Of a stretch of DNA of 64,000 nt, positions 1 through 10,786 are shown piece by piece (the stretch's first letter is position 1; the number at the start of each line of letters is the position of its first letter). A program made the translations under genes and the position numbers. A model generated the notes under the pieces. That model had not been told where the DNA came from. It ran no database searches and saw only the letters and a program-made list of their open reading frames with translations. The stretch comes from Nitrospirota bacterium. GTDB lineage: Bacteria; Nitrospirota; Nitrospiria; Nitrospirales; NS-4. The stretch lies in NCBI GenBank assembly GCA_963788195.1, contig CAWBGA010000002.1, positions 96,001 through 160,000 of the forward strand. Reading direction: 5' to 3'.

Positions 1-126
1 GTAGGTGAGCCATGTTTTTCGCGCCGCGGATGTGAGGGGATCAAGAAGCAGGACGAGACACCCAGCAGCCATGATCAACAATTCGGGGAGGATGGCGATG
101 AGATCAGACGGAGAAAACACAATCAT
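1..126 (-). CDS. nuoN: NADH-quinone oxidoreductase subunit N, N-terminal fragment (runs off window)
   Basis: Manual translation MIVFSPSDLIAILPELLIMAAGCLVLLLDPL resembles the NuoN N-terminus (LPE motif); ATG overlaps the nuoM stop (ATGA); position after nuoM. Confidence 0.85.
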   Translation of the reverse strand, partial: MIVFSPSDLIAILPELLIMAAGCLVLLLDPLTSAARKTWLTY

Positions 127-1667
127 GGTAACGTCTGTCCTCTCTGTGAAATCACGGGGAGGGGAGCGGCCGGAGTCCGGTTCATCTGAGCAAACAGATG
201 CGTCACGCTCGCATGCATGGGCGCCAGGAATGGATTGGGGAAGACCCCGATCCAGAACACCAGAAACACGAGCGGCAGCAGCGATGCCATTTCGCACCAG
301 TTCAGGTCGGGCAGGCGAGCTGTTTTCTCAGAAGCGACCCCGAAGGCGACGCGCTGAACCATCCAGAGAAGGTACACGGCCCCGAGTATAATCCCGAGCG
401 TGGCGACGGCTGCGACGGTCTTGCTCAAGAGAAAACTTCCCACGAGCACGAGAAATTCACCGATGAAGCTATTCGTGCCGGGCAGACCGAGAGAGGACAG
501 GGCGAAGATCACCAGACAGGTGGCATAGCGCGGCATGGGCTTCGCCAACCCGCCGTTGTCCGCAATCATGCGGCTGTGGGTGCGTTCGTAGATAAGACCC
601 ACGCACAGAAAGAGCCCCCCGGTCGTGATGCCGTGGTTGAGCATCATCAAGATCGCGCCTTCGACGCCTTGCGTGTTGAAGACGAAGATCCCCAAGGTTA
701 CGAATCCCATGTGGCTGACGCTGGAATACGCGATCAACTTTTTGAGATCGGATTGCGCGAGCGCCATGTACGCGCCGTAAATAATGGCGATCACCGAGAG
801 GGTCAGAATGATCGGCGTAAAGCGATACGTCGCTTGCGGCAACATCGGGAGGCTGAACCGGAGGAACCCGTACGCGCCCATTTTCAGCAACACGCTTGCC
901 AGAAGCACGCTCCCTGCGGTCGGGGCTTCGACATGGGCATCGGGAAGCCAGGTGTGTAGAGGAAACATGGGGACCTTCACGGCGAAGGCCGCGAAAAAGG
1001 CCCAAAAAAGCCATGCCTGCACGGTGGGATCATAATGGACGCGGCTCAGCGCCTGAATGTCAAAGGTATGGCCCCCCTGCATGAACACGACGATGATCGC
1101 AATCAGTAGGAGAAAGCTGCCGGCGAGGGTAAACAGGAAGAATTTGATCGCGGCATAGATTCGGTTCGGACCGCCCCAGACACCGATAATTAAATACATC
1201 GGAATCAGCATCGTTTCCCAGAAGACATAAAACAGGACAAAGTCCAACGCGCAAAAGACCCCGACCATTGTGGTTTCCATGAGCAACAGGGCGATCATGA
1301 ATTCGCGCACGCGGGTCCTGATCGCTGTCCATGAGGCAACCACGCAGATGGGAGTGAGGAGCGTGGTGAGCAAGATGAGCCACAAGCTGATGCCGTCGAT
1401 CCCGAGCGCGTAGCGGATGGGCGGCGCGTCGATCCACTGCACAATTTCCCCGAACTGCATGCTGGCCGTCGTGGGATCGAACCAAGCATACAGCGCGAGG
1501 GACAGGAGGAACTCCAGGACCGAGGTCCAAAGCGCCACGTGTTTGATCTGCGCCTCTTCCCGGAAGAACGCCATGATGGCCACGCCCGCCACCGGCAGAA
1601 AAATCAGAAGTGTCAGCAGGTGTGGAATAGGAGTCTGATTTAGAATCATGTCGGGCATGGTGGTCAT
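123..1667 (-). CDS. nuoM: NADH-quinone oxidoreductase subunit M
   Basis: Motifs GIDGISL, FYVFWE, AVKVPMFPLHTWLPDAHVEAP, LKMGAYG; start taken at the ATG overlapping the nuoL stop. Confidence 0.95.
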   Translation of the reverse strand: MTTMPDMILNQTPIPHLLTLLIFLPVAGVAIMAFFREEAQIKHVALWTSVLEFLLSLALYAWFDPTTASMQFGEIVQWIDAPPIRYALGIDGISLWLILLTTLLTPICVVASWTAIRTRVREFMIALLLMETTMVGVFCALDFVLFYVFWETMLIPMYLIIGVWGGPNRIYAAIKFFLFTLAGSFLLLIAIIVVFMQGGHTFDIQALSRVHYDPTVQAWLFWAFFAAFAVKVPMFPLHTWLPDAHVEAPTAGSVLLASVLLKMGAYGFLRFSLPMLPQATYRFTPIILTLSVIAIIYGAYMALAQSDLKKLIAYSSVSHMGFVTLGIFVFNTQGVEGAILMMLNHGITTGGLFLCVGLIYERTHSRMIADNGGLAKPMPRYATCLVIFALSSLGLPGTNSFIGEFLVLVGSFLLSKTVAAVATLGIILGAVYLLWMVQRVAFGVASEKTARLPDLNWCEMASLLPLVFLVFWIGVFPNPFLAPMHASVTHLFAQMNRTPAAPLPVISQRGQTLP

Positions 1668-3564
1668 CGCACCAAATAGACCCCCAGAATCACCGCCGCT
1701 CCCAACGCCATGGCCAATGCGTAGTGCTGGACCTCGCCGCTCTGGATCTGCCGGAGCGCGCGGCTCCATAGATTTACGCTTGAGGCCACTCCGTTCACGG
1801 CGGCATCGATGACCCGAACGTCAACCCACTGCCACAAGTCGTGCGCGGCCTCAAGCGTCGGCCGTACGACCCAGGAATCGTAGAGTTCGTCCACGTACCA
1901 CTTGTGTAACGACCCGAGGTACATGGAATTCCATTGTTGCGCGAGGCGGTTCGGCAGCTCGGGCCTGCGGACATACAGAACATAGGCGAGCGCGATGCCG
2001 CACAGGCTCATGATCGTGGCCACCGCCATGATCGCCCAGGCCGCGGCGCCTTCATGCGCAGGCGGAGACGGCACAGGTCCGGAGAGCACCGGCGCGAGAA
2101 AACCCGGTATGCCGAGATATCCGGTGACGATGGACAGCGCGGCCAGCACGATCAAGGGCCCCGTGATGGTCGGAGAAGGTTCGCGAAGCTCTCGAGCTAC
2201 GTGGGGATCGACCCGCGAGGGGCCCCAGAAGACCATGAACACGACCCTGAAACTATAAAACGCGGTAAGGAACGCCGTGATCAGCCCCACAACCATGAGG
2301 GTCTGGCCCAGGGGACCGGCCGACCAGGCGGCGATCAAATCTCGTCCTTGCTGAAGAAGCCAGCTGTCAGCGGAAACCCCGCCAAGGCTAGTGAACCGAT
2401 GAAAAAGGTCCAGTACGTGATGGGCAATTTGTCCTTCAGGCCGCCCATGCGACGGATGTCCTGCTCGTGATGGAGGGCGATGATAATCGACCCACAGCCG
2501 AGAAACAGCAGGGCCTTAAAGGCTCCATGCGTAAGGAGATGATACATGCCGGCGGCATATGCGCCGAGCCCGCAGGCCATCATCATATAGCCGAGCTGGC
2601 TTATGGTCGAGTAGGCGACGACCCGTTTGATGTCATTTTGTGTCAACGCAATGGTCGCCGCAAAAATCGCAGTGATCCCGCCGATGATCGCGACGACAGA
2701 CATTGCGGTGGGTGACAGGTTGAACAGCTGGGAAAACCTCGCCACCATGAAGACGCCGGCGGTGACCATGGTAGCGGCGTGAATGAGAGCTGAAATGGGC
2801 GTAGGCCCCTCCATGGCGTCCGGCAACCACACGTGGAGCGGAACTTGCGCCGATTTACCCACCGCGCCGGCGAACAGCAGCAGGCAAAGCACGGTCAGCA
2901 CACTGACCGACCAGGTGCCGTGCAGCGGCGCCATGAGATTGATGGTGTCCGCGGCATGAGAGGCCGCTTGGGCGAAGACCTGTTCGTACTGCAGCGTGCC
3001 GAACAGCGCAAATACCCACATCACGCCTAACCCAAAGCCGAAGTCGCCGACACGGTTGACGATGAACGCCTTCGTCGCCGCGTCCATTGCGGATTTGCGT
3101 TCGTACCAGTGACCGATCAACAGATACGAGCAGAGGCCCACCGCTTCCCAGAACACGTAGAGTTGCAGGAAATTGTCGGCCATCACGAGCATCAGCATTG
3201 AGAAGGTAAAGAGCGCGATGTAACTGAAGAAGCGAGCATAGCCTCGGTCCCCGCGCATGTATCCAATGCTGTAGACGTGAACAAGTCCGCTCACGCTCGT
3301 GACCAATAGCAGCATTGCGGCGGCCAGCCGGTCGATGTAAAAGCCGATCGGTACCTGAAAACCGCCGGAGCTGATCCAGGAATACAAGTGAACGCGGACA
3401 GGTTCGCCTTGAGCGACGTCCAGAAAGACGCTCAAGGCCAGCAGGAATGATATGAGAACCGCCGGCACGCCGATCCAATGGGCCCGGTCCCGAATCCAAT
3501 GCCCGAACAGCCCGATGATGATGAACGCCGCGAATGGGAGGAGCGGGATCAGCGCGTACTTCAT
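1664..3564 (-). CDS. nuoL: NADH-quinone oxidoreductase subunit L (frameshift near 2338)
   Basis: Motifs AFIVNRVGDFG, GKSAQVPLHVWLPDAMEGPTP, GFFSKDEI; continues in ORF 1664..2338 (TAFYSFR, QSGEVQHY). Confidence 0.93.
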
Positions 3565-3728
3565 ATTGTGCCGCCCGTACTCATAACCGACAGCGCGCAA
3601 ATCCCGGCGGGTGACGCCGGTCGGGGGACCCTGCCGCCTGGAGGCCAGTGCTTCGCAGTCGAAGCCGACGGGGGTAACCGGCGGCAGGACCCGCCGGACA
3701 GAAATTCTATTGCCCCTGTCGGTTCACT

Positions 3729-4032
3729 TCATCCCTTCAACAGATTGAATTCTTCGACATTGACAGTCGGGTTTCCGCGGTACAGGGCGATGAAAATCGC
3801 GAGCCCGACCGCGACTTCGGCGGCGGCAACCGTGAGGGCGAAGAAGACGAAGACCTGCCCGGCCGTATCGTGCAGATAGTAGGAAAAGGCGACGAAGTTG
3901 ATGTTCGTCGCATTCAGCATGAGCTCGATGGACAACAGCAGGATGATAATATTCCGACGGATCAAGACACCAACAAGGCCCGGTGACGAACACGACCCCA
4001 CTCAGGATCATGTAATAGGAAAGCGGGACCAT
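3729..4032 (-). CDS. nuoK: NADH-quinone oxidoreductase subunit K (frameshift near 3980)
   Basis: N-terminus [12 protein letters not shown] in one frame; [17 protein letters not shown] and [10 protein letters not shown] in the other. Confidence 0.93.
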
Positions 4033-4033
4033 A

Positions 4034-4576
4034 TCATTCCTTCGTAAAGCCTACGATCTCTTTCTTTGCCAGCAAGATGGCTCCGATCATTGCGACCAGC
4101 AAGATCAAGGATGCGACTTCAAAAGGGAACAGGTACTTGGTGTACAACAGGCGTCCGACCATTTCGGTATTCCCCTGGGACATCGTGGAGGCAGCCTCTG
4201 CAGCGCCCGCCGTCATGGGGTCACCACTGAGCGATCGCGGTAAGCCGCTATCCGCTGTCACCACCAGGTAGATGATTTCGGCCAGTGCCACGGCCCCTAG
4301 GCCCACGCCTATCCAGACCTGCCGCTGGTATGAGTCGTCATGCTTGAGGTTCAAGAGCATGACCACGAAGAGGTAGAGCACGAGAATGGCTCCGGCATAA
4401 ACGATGATTTGCACGGCGGCGAGAAATTCGGCATGCAGTGAGACGAACAGTGCCGCGATATGAAAGAACATGACCAATAAGGAGATGACGCTGTAGACGG
4501 GATTGCGAAACGCCACCACCAGAATCGCGGAGAGCGCGATGACCGTCGCGAGGAAAAAGAAGGCGAGGATCTCCAC
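4034..4576 (-). CDS. nuoJ: NADH-quinone oxidoreductase subunit J
   Basis: Motifs AEFLAAVQIIVYAGAILVLYLFVVML and PFEVASLILLVAMIGA. Confidence 0.95.
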   Translation of the reverse strand: MEILAFFFLATVIALSAILVVAFRNPVYSVISLLVMFFHIAALFVSLHAEFLAAVQIIVYAGAILVLYLFVVMLLNLKHDDSYQRQVWIGVGLGAVALAEIIYLVVTADSGLPRSLSGDPMTAGAAEAASTMSQGNTEMVGRLLYTKYLFPFEVASLILLVAMIGAILLAKKEIVGFTKE

Positions 4577-4589
4577 GTGTCCGATGGCC

Positions 4590-5204
4590 CTACGGGGTCA
4601 CCGGAGGTTGATCCTTAGACGTCATCTCCTTAGAGGTCATTGGGGGAAGATCATGGTGGCCGATGTTGAAGAACGCCACATTGGGGTGCTGGAACTCGAT
4701 CTTTCGTTCGCGCTGGGGAAAGTTGCGATCTCCAAGCGCGAGCAACTGAGGCTTGCTGAGGCGCAGGTCGCGCTTGTTGTAGACCGACCATTCATATTCC
4801 TTCGTCATGGCGAGAGCATCGACGGGGCAGGCCTGGATGCACAGGCCGCAGAAGATGCACCGTGTCATGTCCATGTAGTATTCCTTGGCGTAGCGCTTCA
4901 TGGGCTCGCCTTCCTTCTCCGCGCTGATCACCGTGATCACGCGGGACGGACACGCGGCCTCGCACAGATCGCAACCGACACATTTCTCCGTGTCATCGTC
5001 ATAGCGGAGCAGGGCGATCATCCCGCGGTAGCTTCCGGGCAGGTCCCGCTTCTCGTGGGGATACTGCAGGGTCACGGCGGAACGGTTGCGCAAAATAATC
5101 CGTTGAATAAAGACCGTGATGGTGGCCTTCATTCCGACCAGGATTTCATAAAAGGTGAAGCGCTGGGCCCACTGCCGCAGGGTGAGCGTAGGATTGTCCA
5201 TCAT
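4590..5204 (-). CDS. nuoI: NADH-quinone oxidoreductase subunit I
   Basis: Two 4Fe-4S motifs CVGCDLCEAACP and CIFCGLCIQACP, plus VTLQYP; start at MMDNP just after the nuoH stop. Confidence 0.95.
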   Translation of the reverse strand: MMDNPTLTLRQWAQRFTFYEILVGMKATITVFIQRIILRNRSAVTLQYPHEKRDLPGSYRGMIALLRYDDDTEKCVGCDLCEAACPSRVITVISAEKEGEPMKRYAKEYYMDMTRCIFCGLCIQACPVDALAMTKEYEWSVYNKRDLRLSKPQLLALGDRNFPQRERKIEFQHPNVAFFNIGHHDLPPMTSKEMTSKDQPPVTP

Positions 5205-5206
5205 CT

Positions 5207-6262
5207 CTATAACCGCCGCCACAAAAATACGCCGACGGCCGTCAACACGACATTGGCGAGGGCCAACGGGAGCATCACCTTCCAGCCGAAGCGCATCAGC
5301 TGATCGTAGCGCAACCGGGGAAGCGTGGCCCGTATCCAGAAGAACATAAACAAGAAGAAATAGACCTTGACCATGAACCAAAAGATCCCTTCGATCCACG
5401 CCAGATTTTCCGACAGCAGCGTTCCGGGGTACGGCGCGTTCCAGCCGCCCAAGAACAGCACTGCAGCGGTAGCGGACACCAGCACCATATTGGCGTACTC
5501 CGCCATGAAGAAGAACGCGAAGCGCATCCCGCTATACTCCGTCATCCACCCTGCGACCAACTCGCTCTCGGCCTCCGGGAGGTCGAAGGGAAGGCGATTC
5601 GTCTCGGCCACCGCAGAAATAAGATAGACGACAAAGCCGATAATCTGTAGTCCTCCGAAGACGTGCCAGTGCCAGAACCCACCCGCCTGTGCTTCGGCGA
5701 TCTTCACCATGCTGAGGGAGCCCGACAGGATCAGCACGCCGATAATGGCGAGACCGATGTTGAGTTCGTAGCTGATCACCTGGGCGGCGGCCCGCAGACC
5801 GCCTAAGAGCGAGTACTTATTGTTTGAGGACCAGCCGCCGAGAATAATGCCGTACGCGCCGATGGAAGCAAAAGCCAGAATATACAGGATGCCGATGTTG
5901 ATGTCGGTAATCACGAACGGCTTGAAGGCGTACCCGAAGAGTTCGACCTCCTTGTTCGGCCCGTACGGAATGACCGCGAAACCAATGAGAGCAGGAACCA
6001 GCGACAGGATCGGGGCCAGCGAAAAGAGCGCCCAGTTGGCGCCGGCGGGGATGATGTCCTCCTTAAAGAACAGCTTGAGGCCGTCGGCGACCGGCTGTAG
6101 GACCCCATAGGGGCCGACCTCCATCGGACCCATCCGATCTTGCATCCACGACAGCACCTTACGCTCGGCCAGGGTCAGGAACGCCACTGTCGTGAGAACG
6201 ACGACCAGCACGACCACAATTTTGATAAGCGCAACGCCCGCGAAGACCAGCAGGTCCATCAT
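5207..6262 (-). CDS. nuoH: NADH-quinone oxidoreductase subunit H
   Basis: Motifs ERKV..MQDRMGP, ADGLKLFFKE, AETNRLPFDLPEAESELV, RLRYDQLM. Confidence 0.96.
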   Translation of the reverse strand: MMDLLVFAGVALIKIVVVLVVVLTTVAFLTLAERKVLSWMQDRMGPMEVGPYGVLQPVADGLKLFFKEDIIPAGANWALFSLAPILSLVPALIGFAVIPYGPNKEVELFGYAFKPFVITDINIGILYILAFASIGAYGIILGGWSSNNKYSLLGGLRAAAQVISYELNIGLAIIGVLILSGSLSMVKIAEAQAGGFWHWHVFGGLQIIGFVVYLISAVAETNRLPFDLPEAESELVAGWMTEYSGMRFAFFFMAEYANMVLVSATAAVLFLGGWNAPYPGTLLSENLAWIEGIFWFMVKVYFFLFMFFWIRATLPRLRYDQLMRFGWKVMLPLALANVVLTAVGVFLWRRL

Positions 6263-8902
6263 CCGACCTTCTGAACGTCCACGTGCGTCAGTTTATGGTA
6301 GGGGACGCCGGTGACTGGGTCCGGGGTGATGTGTAATAAGTGCATCAGCGGCTCCCGAAAAGATTCGGGAAAGAACAACATCCCTTCAGGAATGCGGCCG
6401 AGCGGCGTTATGGGCACGGTGGCCTCGCCCGATTGTGAGACGAGGCGCACCATGTCGCCGGCGTGTAACCCCAAGCGCTGGGCGTCGGCCGGATTCATGC
6501 TGAGCCGTCCTTCCTTTTCAATCTCCAACAGCCCCTTGGCCAGCGTGGACATTTTGCCGGAATGAAACAAACTCTGGCCCATCCGCAATGTCCACTTAGC
6601 AGTCCGGCTCTCGGCCGGCCGATAGCGATCCTTCAGATCCTCAGCAAATCCTCCGGCAAGGTACCTCTCCATTGTCTGTACGTCAACCTTGGCGGGCTCC
6701 GGTTTCGCGCCGAGAATGCCATATCCCGGAATCACCGACCGGATTTCCTTCAAAATCTCCTGGGTGTCCCCGTACTCGAGCGGGTAACCCATGCAGACCG
6801 AGATCGCCGAGAGAATCTCCCAGTCCGGCCGGCTGTCGGCGATGGGCTCCAGGCCGCGACGCACCTTCTGTACAAAACCTTCCGAGTTCGTAAATGTCCC
6901 GTTTTTTTCCGCATAGGAGCAGGCGGGCAGGACAACATCCGCCAGTTCAGCTGTCTCAGTAAGAAACAGCTCCTGGACCACCAGAAAGTCCAAGTTCGTG
7001 AGAGCCTCCCGCGACCTGAGCCGAGGCAGGCAGGCTGCGCACCGGGTTTTCGCCGACGATGTACATGGCCTTCAGCCGGCCGTTTTGCGCCGCGTCCAGC
7101 ATTTCAAGCAGCGGCATCCCTGGCGTCGGTCGGAACAGACTCCATCCAGGCAGCCGCGATCCTTTCCCGAACGGGGGGATCCTCCAGGCCTGCAGGACCC
7201 GGCAGGTAGCCGCCGGTCGCGCCCATCTCAACCGCGCCTTGTTCGTTGTTCTCTTCGGTCAAAGGAGCGAGCCCCCATCCTGTTTGGGTGAATTTCCCGA
7301 GCAGGAGCAGGAGATCGGCCAGGATCACCATGCGCATGATATCCGCGCGGCGCTTGTAGGAGATCCTGGCCGACAATGATCACGCCACGATGCGCCCCGG
7401 CCAAAGCCGCCGCGATGGCACGGAGCGTTGCTGAATCAATGCCGTCGGAATAGGGTAATCGCCGTGACTGCTGCTTTGGTCTTCGCCACAAAGTCTGCAG
7501 CGCCGGATGCGAATGTCTGTGCCTACGAGATTATCATCGAAAAGCGCTTTTACCAGGCCCTGGACGGCGTCCGCCTGACGATCGAACGGTACGCAGAGAT
7601 GCACGGACGAGAGATTGACGATGTTGCTCGTCGTCTCGATCGAGGGAAGGCCGGTCTCAATGGTCAGCAACTTTGCGCCGCGCTTCTTCACCGCTTCCTT
7701 TACCTTCAAGCCGACGATGGGATTGGCGAAGGTAATCTGCGTGCCCACCAGCAACAACGTGTCAGCCTCGAGAATATCCTCATAGGAGACCGTCCAACGG
7801 TTGGTGCCCTGAACGCGGCGAAGCGCTTCCACCGCATTGACGTGTCCATAGCGGGCGGAGCTGTCCAGATGATTCGAGCCTATTGCGAGCCGCATGAACT
7901 TCTGAAAAACGTAGAGATCCTCGTTTGTGCAACGGGCAGTGATCAAGCCCGCGATGGCGTCCGCCCCGTGAGAAAGCTTCAACTGGGTGAATTTTTCAGC
8001 CAGCAGAGGAAGTACTTCATCCCACGTCACTGGCTGCAACTGTCCCGTCTGCCTGGCGCACCAGGGGGGCTGTCAGTCTGGCGGGGTGGTTGACGTATTG
8101 ATAGCCAAAAAATCCTCGAGCGCAGAGGTCGCCATTGTTGCGGCCTTCCCCATAGGCCGACATGACTTCGATCACCGTCTGCCCGCGCGTTTGCAGCGTC
8201 AGCGAGCACCCGTCGCCACAATACCCGCACGTGGTATCCGCCCTCTTCATCATCCAGGGCCGGAACACATAACCGGAGAGGCGGCTTGTAAAGGCGCCGA
8301 CCGGGCAGATCTGAACGCAGCCTCCGCAAAATTCGCAATCCAGTTGATGAGAACCGAAGTGCGTGATTTCGGTCATCGTGCCGCGGTTGATTGGAGCGAG
8401 GGCTTTGGCGTCGATCACTTCATCGCAGTAGCGCACGCACCGCAGACACTGCACGCACCGATTCATCTCCTTTTCGATCAACGGGCTGAAGTACTCCTTT
8501 TTGAAGACCCGCTTGACATCGATAAAATCGCTTGTGGTGGGAGTGTATTGGTGCGAGAAGTCCTGGAGATCACAGCGGCCGCCCTGGTCGCAGATCGGAC
8601 AATCCAGAGGATGGTTCGCGAGAATGAACTCCAACACCGACTTGTGGGCGTTGTTCACCTCGGGTGTGTTCGTGCGAACCACCATTCCCTCGGCTGCCAG
8701 CGTGCTGCAGGACGTCTGTAGCTTGGGCATCTTCTCCACTTCGACCAGGCACATCCGGCAGTTCGCGTCCGGGGAAAGCTTGGGGTGGTGGCAAAAGTTC
8801 GGGATCATGATGCCAAGCCGACGGGCCGCTTCAATGACAAGGGTGCCTTTTTCGACCGCGAGCGGATTTTCCATCGATGAGAACATTCACCATCTCTGCC
8901 AT
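6259..8902 (-). CDS. nuoG: NADH-quinone oxidoreductase subunit G (several frameshifts, about 8865, 8030, 7490, 7380, 7230, 6990)
   Basis: 2Fe-2S motif CHHPKL..ANCRMC, HPLDCPICDQGGRC, CVQCLRC/CEFCGGCVQICP, CGYCGDGC; molybdopterin-oxidoreductase-like C-terminus split over several ORFs (ADVVLPACSYAEKNGTFTNSEG). Confidence 0.88.
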
Positions 8903-10226
8903 TTAACGGGCCCCTGCAGCGCTTAAGGCCGGTTCCGAATGCTTTGGCTCGCCGCGAAACGGGCAGCGCTGCTCTCGAATATGCGCTTCATATTCATTCT
9001 GGAAGTACTGCAACGTGCTCACGATGGGTGCGATCGCAGCGTCTCCAAAGGCGCACACCGTGCGCCCGGCGATGTTTGGGCAGAGGCGTAACATCGTGGC
9101 GATATCGTTCGGCTGGCCCAGAACCATGCTCGATACGTCCCAGGATTTGCAACAGCCAGGATGTTCCCTCACGGCAGGGCGTGCACTTTCCGCACGACTC
9201 ATGATAGAAGAAGTGCAACAGGTTCTCAGCGGCCCATACCATGCAGGTCCCTTCCTCCATCACGGTGACGCCGCCTGACCCCAGCATCGAGCCTGCCTGC
9301 GCGACAGATTCAAAGTCCATCTTCACATCGAGGTGCTCAGGGGTGAAAAACGCTGCCGAGGCGCCTCCCGGAATGAAGGCCTTCAGAGGCTTTGAGCTTC
9401 GCATGCCTCCGGCGAGGTCATAAATCATTTCACGAAACGTGATCCCCATCGGGACTTCATAGTTGCCTGGCCGTTTGATGTGCCCGCTCAAGCAAAATAC
9501 GCGGGTGCCGGCGCTCTTAGGCGGGCTGCCCAGGGACGCGAACCATTCCGGCCCTCGGTTGACGATGTGCGGCAAGTTAGCCAGCGTTTCGACATTGTTT
9601 ACCACCGTGGGCTTGCCGAACAGGCCATGCGTCGCGGGAAACGGCGGCTTCGTGCGCGGCAGGCCGCGCTTACCCTCGAGTGATTCCAGCAGCGCCGTCT
9701 CTTCTCCGCAGATGTAGGCGCCGGCGCCGCGGTGTACAAAGATATCCAGCGCAAAGCCGGATCCCAGGATGTTCTCCCCCAGATAGTTGGCCTTGTAGGC
9801 TTCGGCGAGGGCGCGTTCGATGATCTTGGCGCCGAGCGCGAACTCCCCGCGAATGTAGATGTATGCCGTCCGCACGCCGATTGCGTAGGAGGCCAGGATC
9901 ATTCCCTCAATCATTTGGTGAGGGTCTCGCTCCATGAGTTGCCGGTCCTTGAAGGTGCCCGGTTCGCTCTCATCGGCATTGCAACACAGGTAGCGGGGGC
10001 CCGGATGGTCTTTGGGAATGAAGGACCATTTCACGCCGGTGGGAAATCCTGCGCCGCCGCGACCGCGAAGGCCCGAGCGCTTCACCAGGTTCGTCACATC
10101 GGTCGGCTCGAGCTTGCCCAATACCTTTTTGATCGCCTGGTACCCTCCTGCACGCTCATAGTCGTCGAGCGAGCCGGTGTACCCCGGCTGCAACATATTC
10201 TTGAGCAACACTGGTTCGTGTTTCAT
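8903..10226 (-). CDS. nuoF: NADH-quinone oxidoreductase subunit F (frameshift near 9115)
   Basis: Motifs SGLRGRGGAGFPTG, NADESEPGTFKDR, GAGAYICGEET, ESCGKCTPCREG; the last cluster Cys (TVCAFGD) is in the next frame. Confidence 0.94.
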
Positions 10227-10786
10227 GGCACGAAAGTCATTTTACGTCGGTGAGCCGGTGACAGGAATGGGCCGGACGCGAGCGCGCACCGACCTTCCCT
10301 CTTCAAATCGTCCAGGATCCTGTTGAGTTTATCCTGCGTCAGCGATTCGTAATAATCGTCGTTGACCTGCATCATCGGCCCTGTCGCGCACGATCCCAGG
10401 CACTCCACTTGCTTTAAGGTGAAAAGCATATCCGAGGTCGTCTGACCTGGCCTGATCCCGATTTTCGCATCGATCCAGCGCAGCAGATCCTCCGCCCCGA
10501 CCAACCCGCACATGAGCGAGCGGCACACTTGCAAGTGAAACTTCCCGATCGGCTTGGGGTTGTACATAGTGTAGAACGAAATCGTCTGGTAGACCTGCGG
10601 CGGGGTCAGATCCAGCAAGGCGGCCACCTCGGCCATCGCTTCTTCAGAAACATACCCCTGATCTTCCTGGACGAGCCACAGCAGAGGGAGCAAGGCTGCT
10701 CGCTTGTTCGGGTAGCGCGCTAAAATCTCGGCTATTTTATCTTTGTGTCTTTCAGCCAACGACGCGTGTCCAGGTTTATTCATCAT
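10223..10786 (-). CDS. nuoE: NADH-quinone oxidoreductase subunit E
   Basis: 2Fe-2S ligands VCRSLMC and VECLGSC; SFYTMY motif. Confidence 0.95.
   Translation of the reverse strand: MMNKPGHASLAERHKDKIAEILARYPNKRAALLPLLWLVQEDQGYVSEEAMAEVAALLDLTPPQVYQTISFYTMYNPKPIGKFHLQVCRSLMCGLVGAEDLLRWIDAKIGIRPGQTTSDMLFTLKQVECLGSCATGPMMQVNDDYYESLTQDKLNRILDDLKREGRCALASGPFLSPAHRRKMTFVP

Noticed and set aside
123..3564. 2M-type complex I with duplicated nuoM
   Set aside because: Only one nuoM lies between nuoL and the nuoN start.
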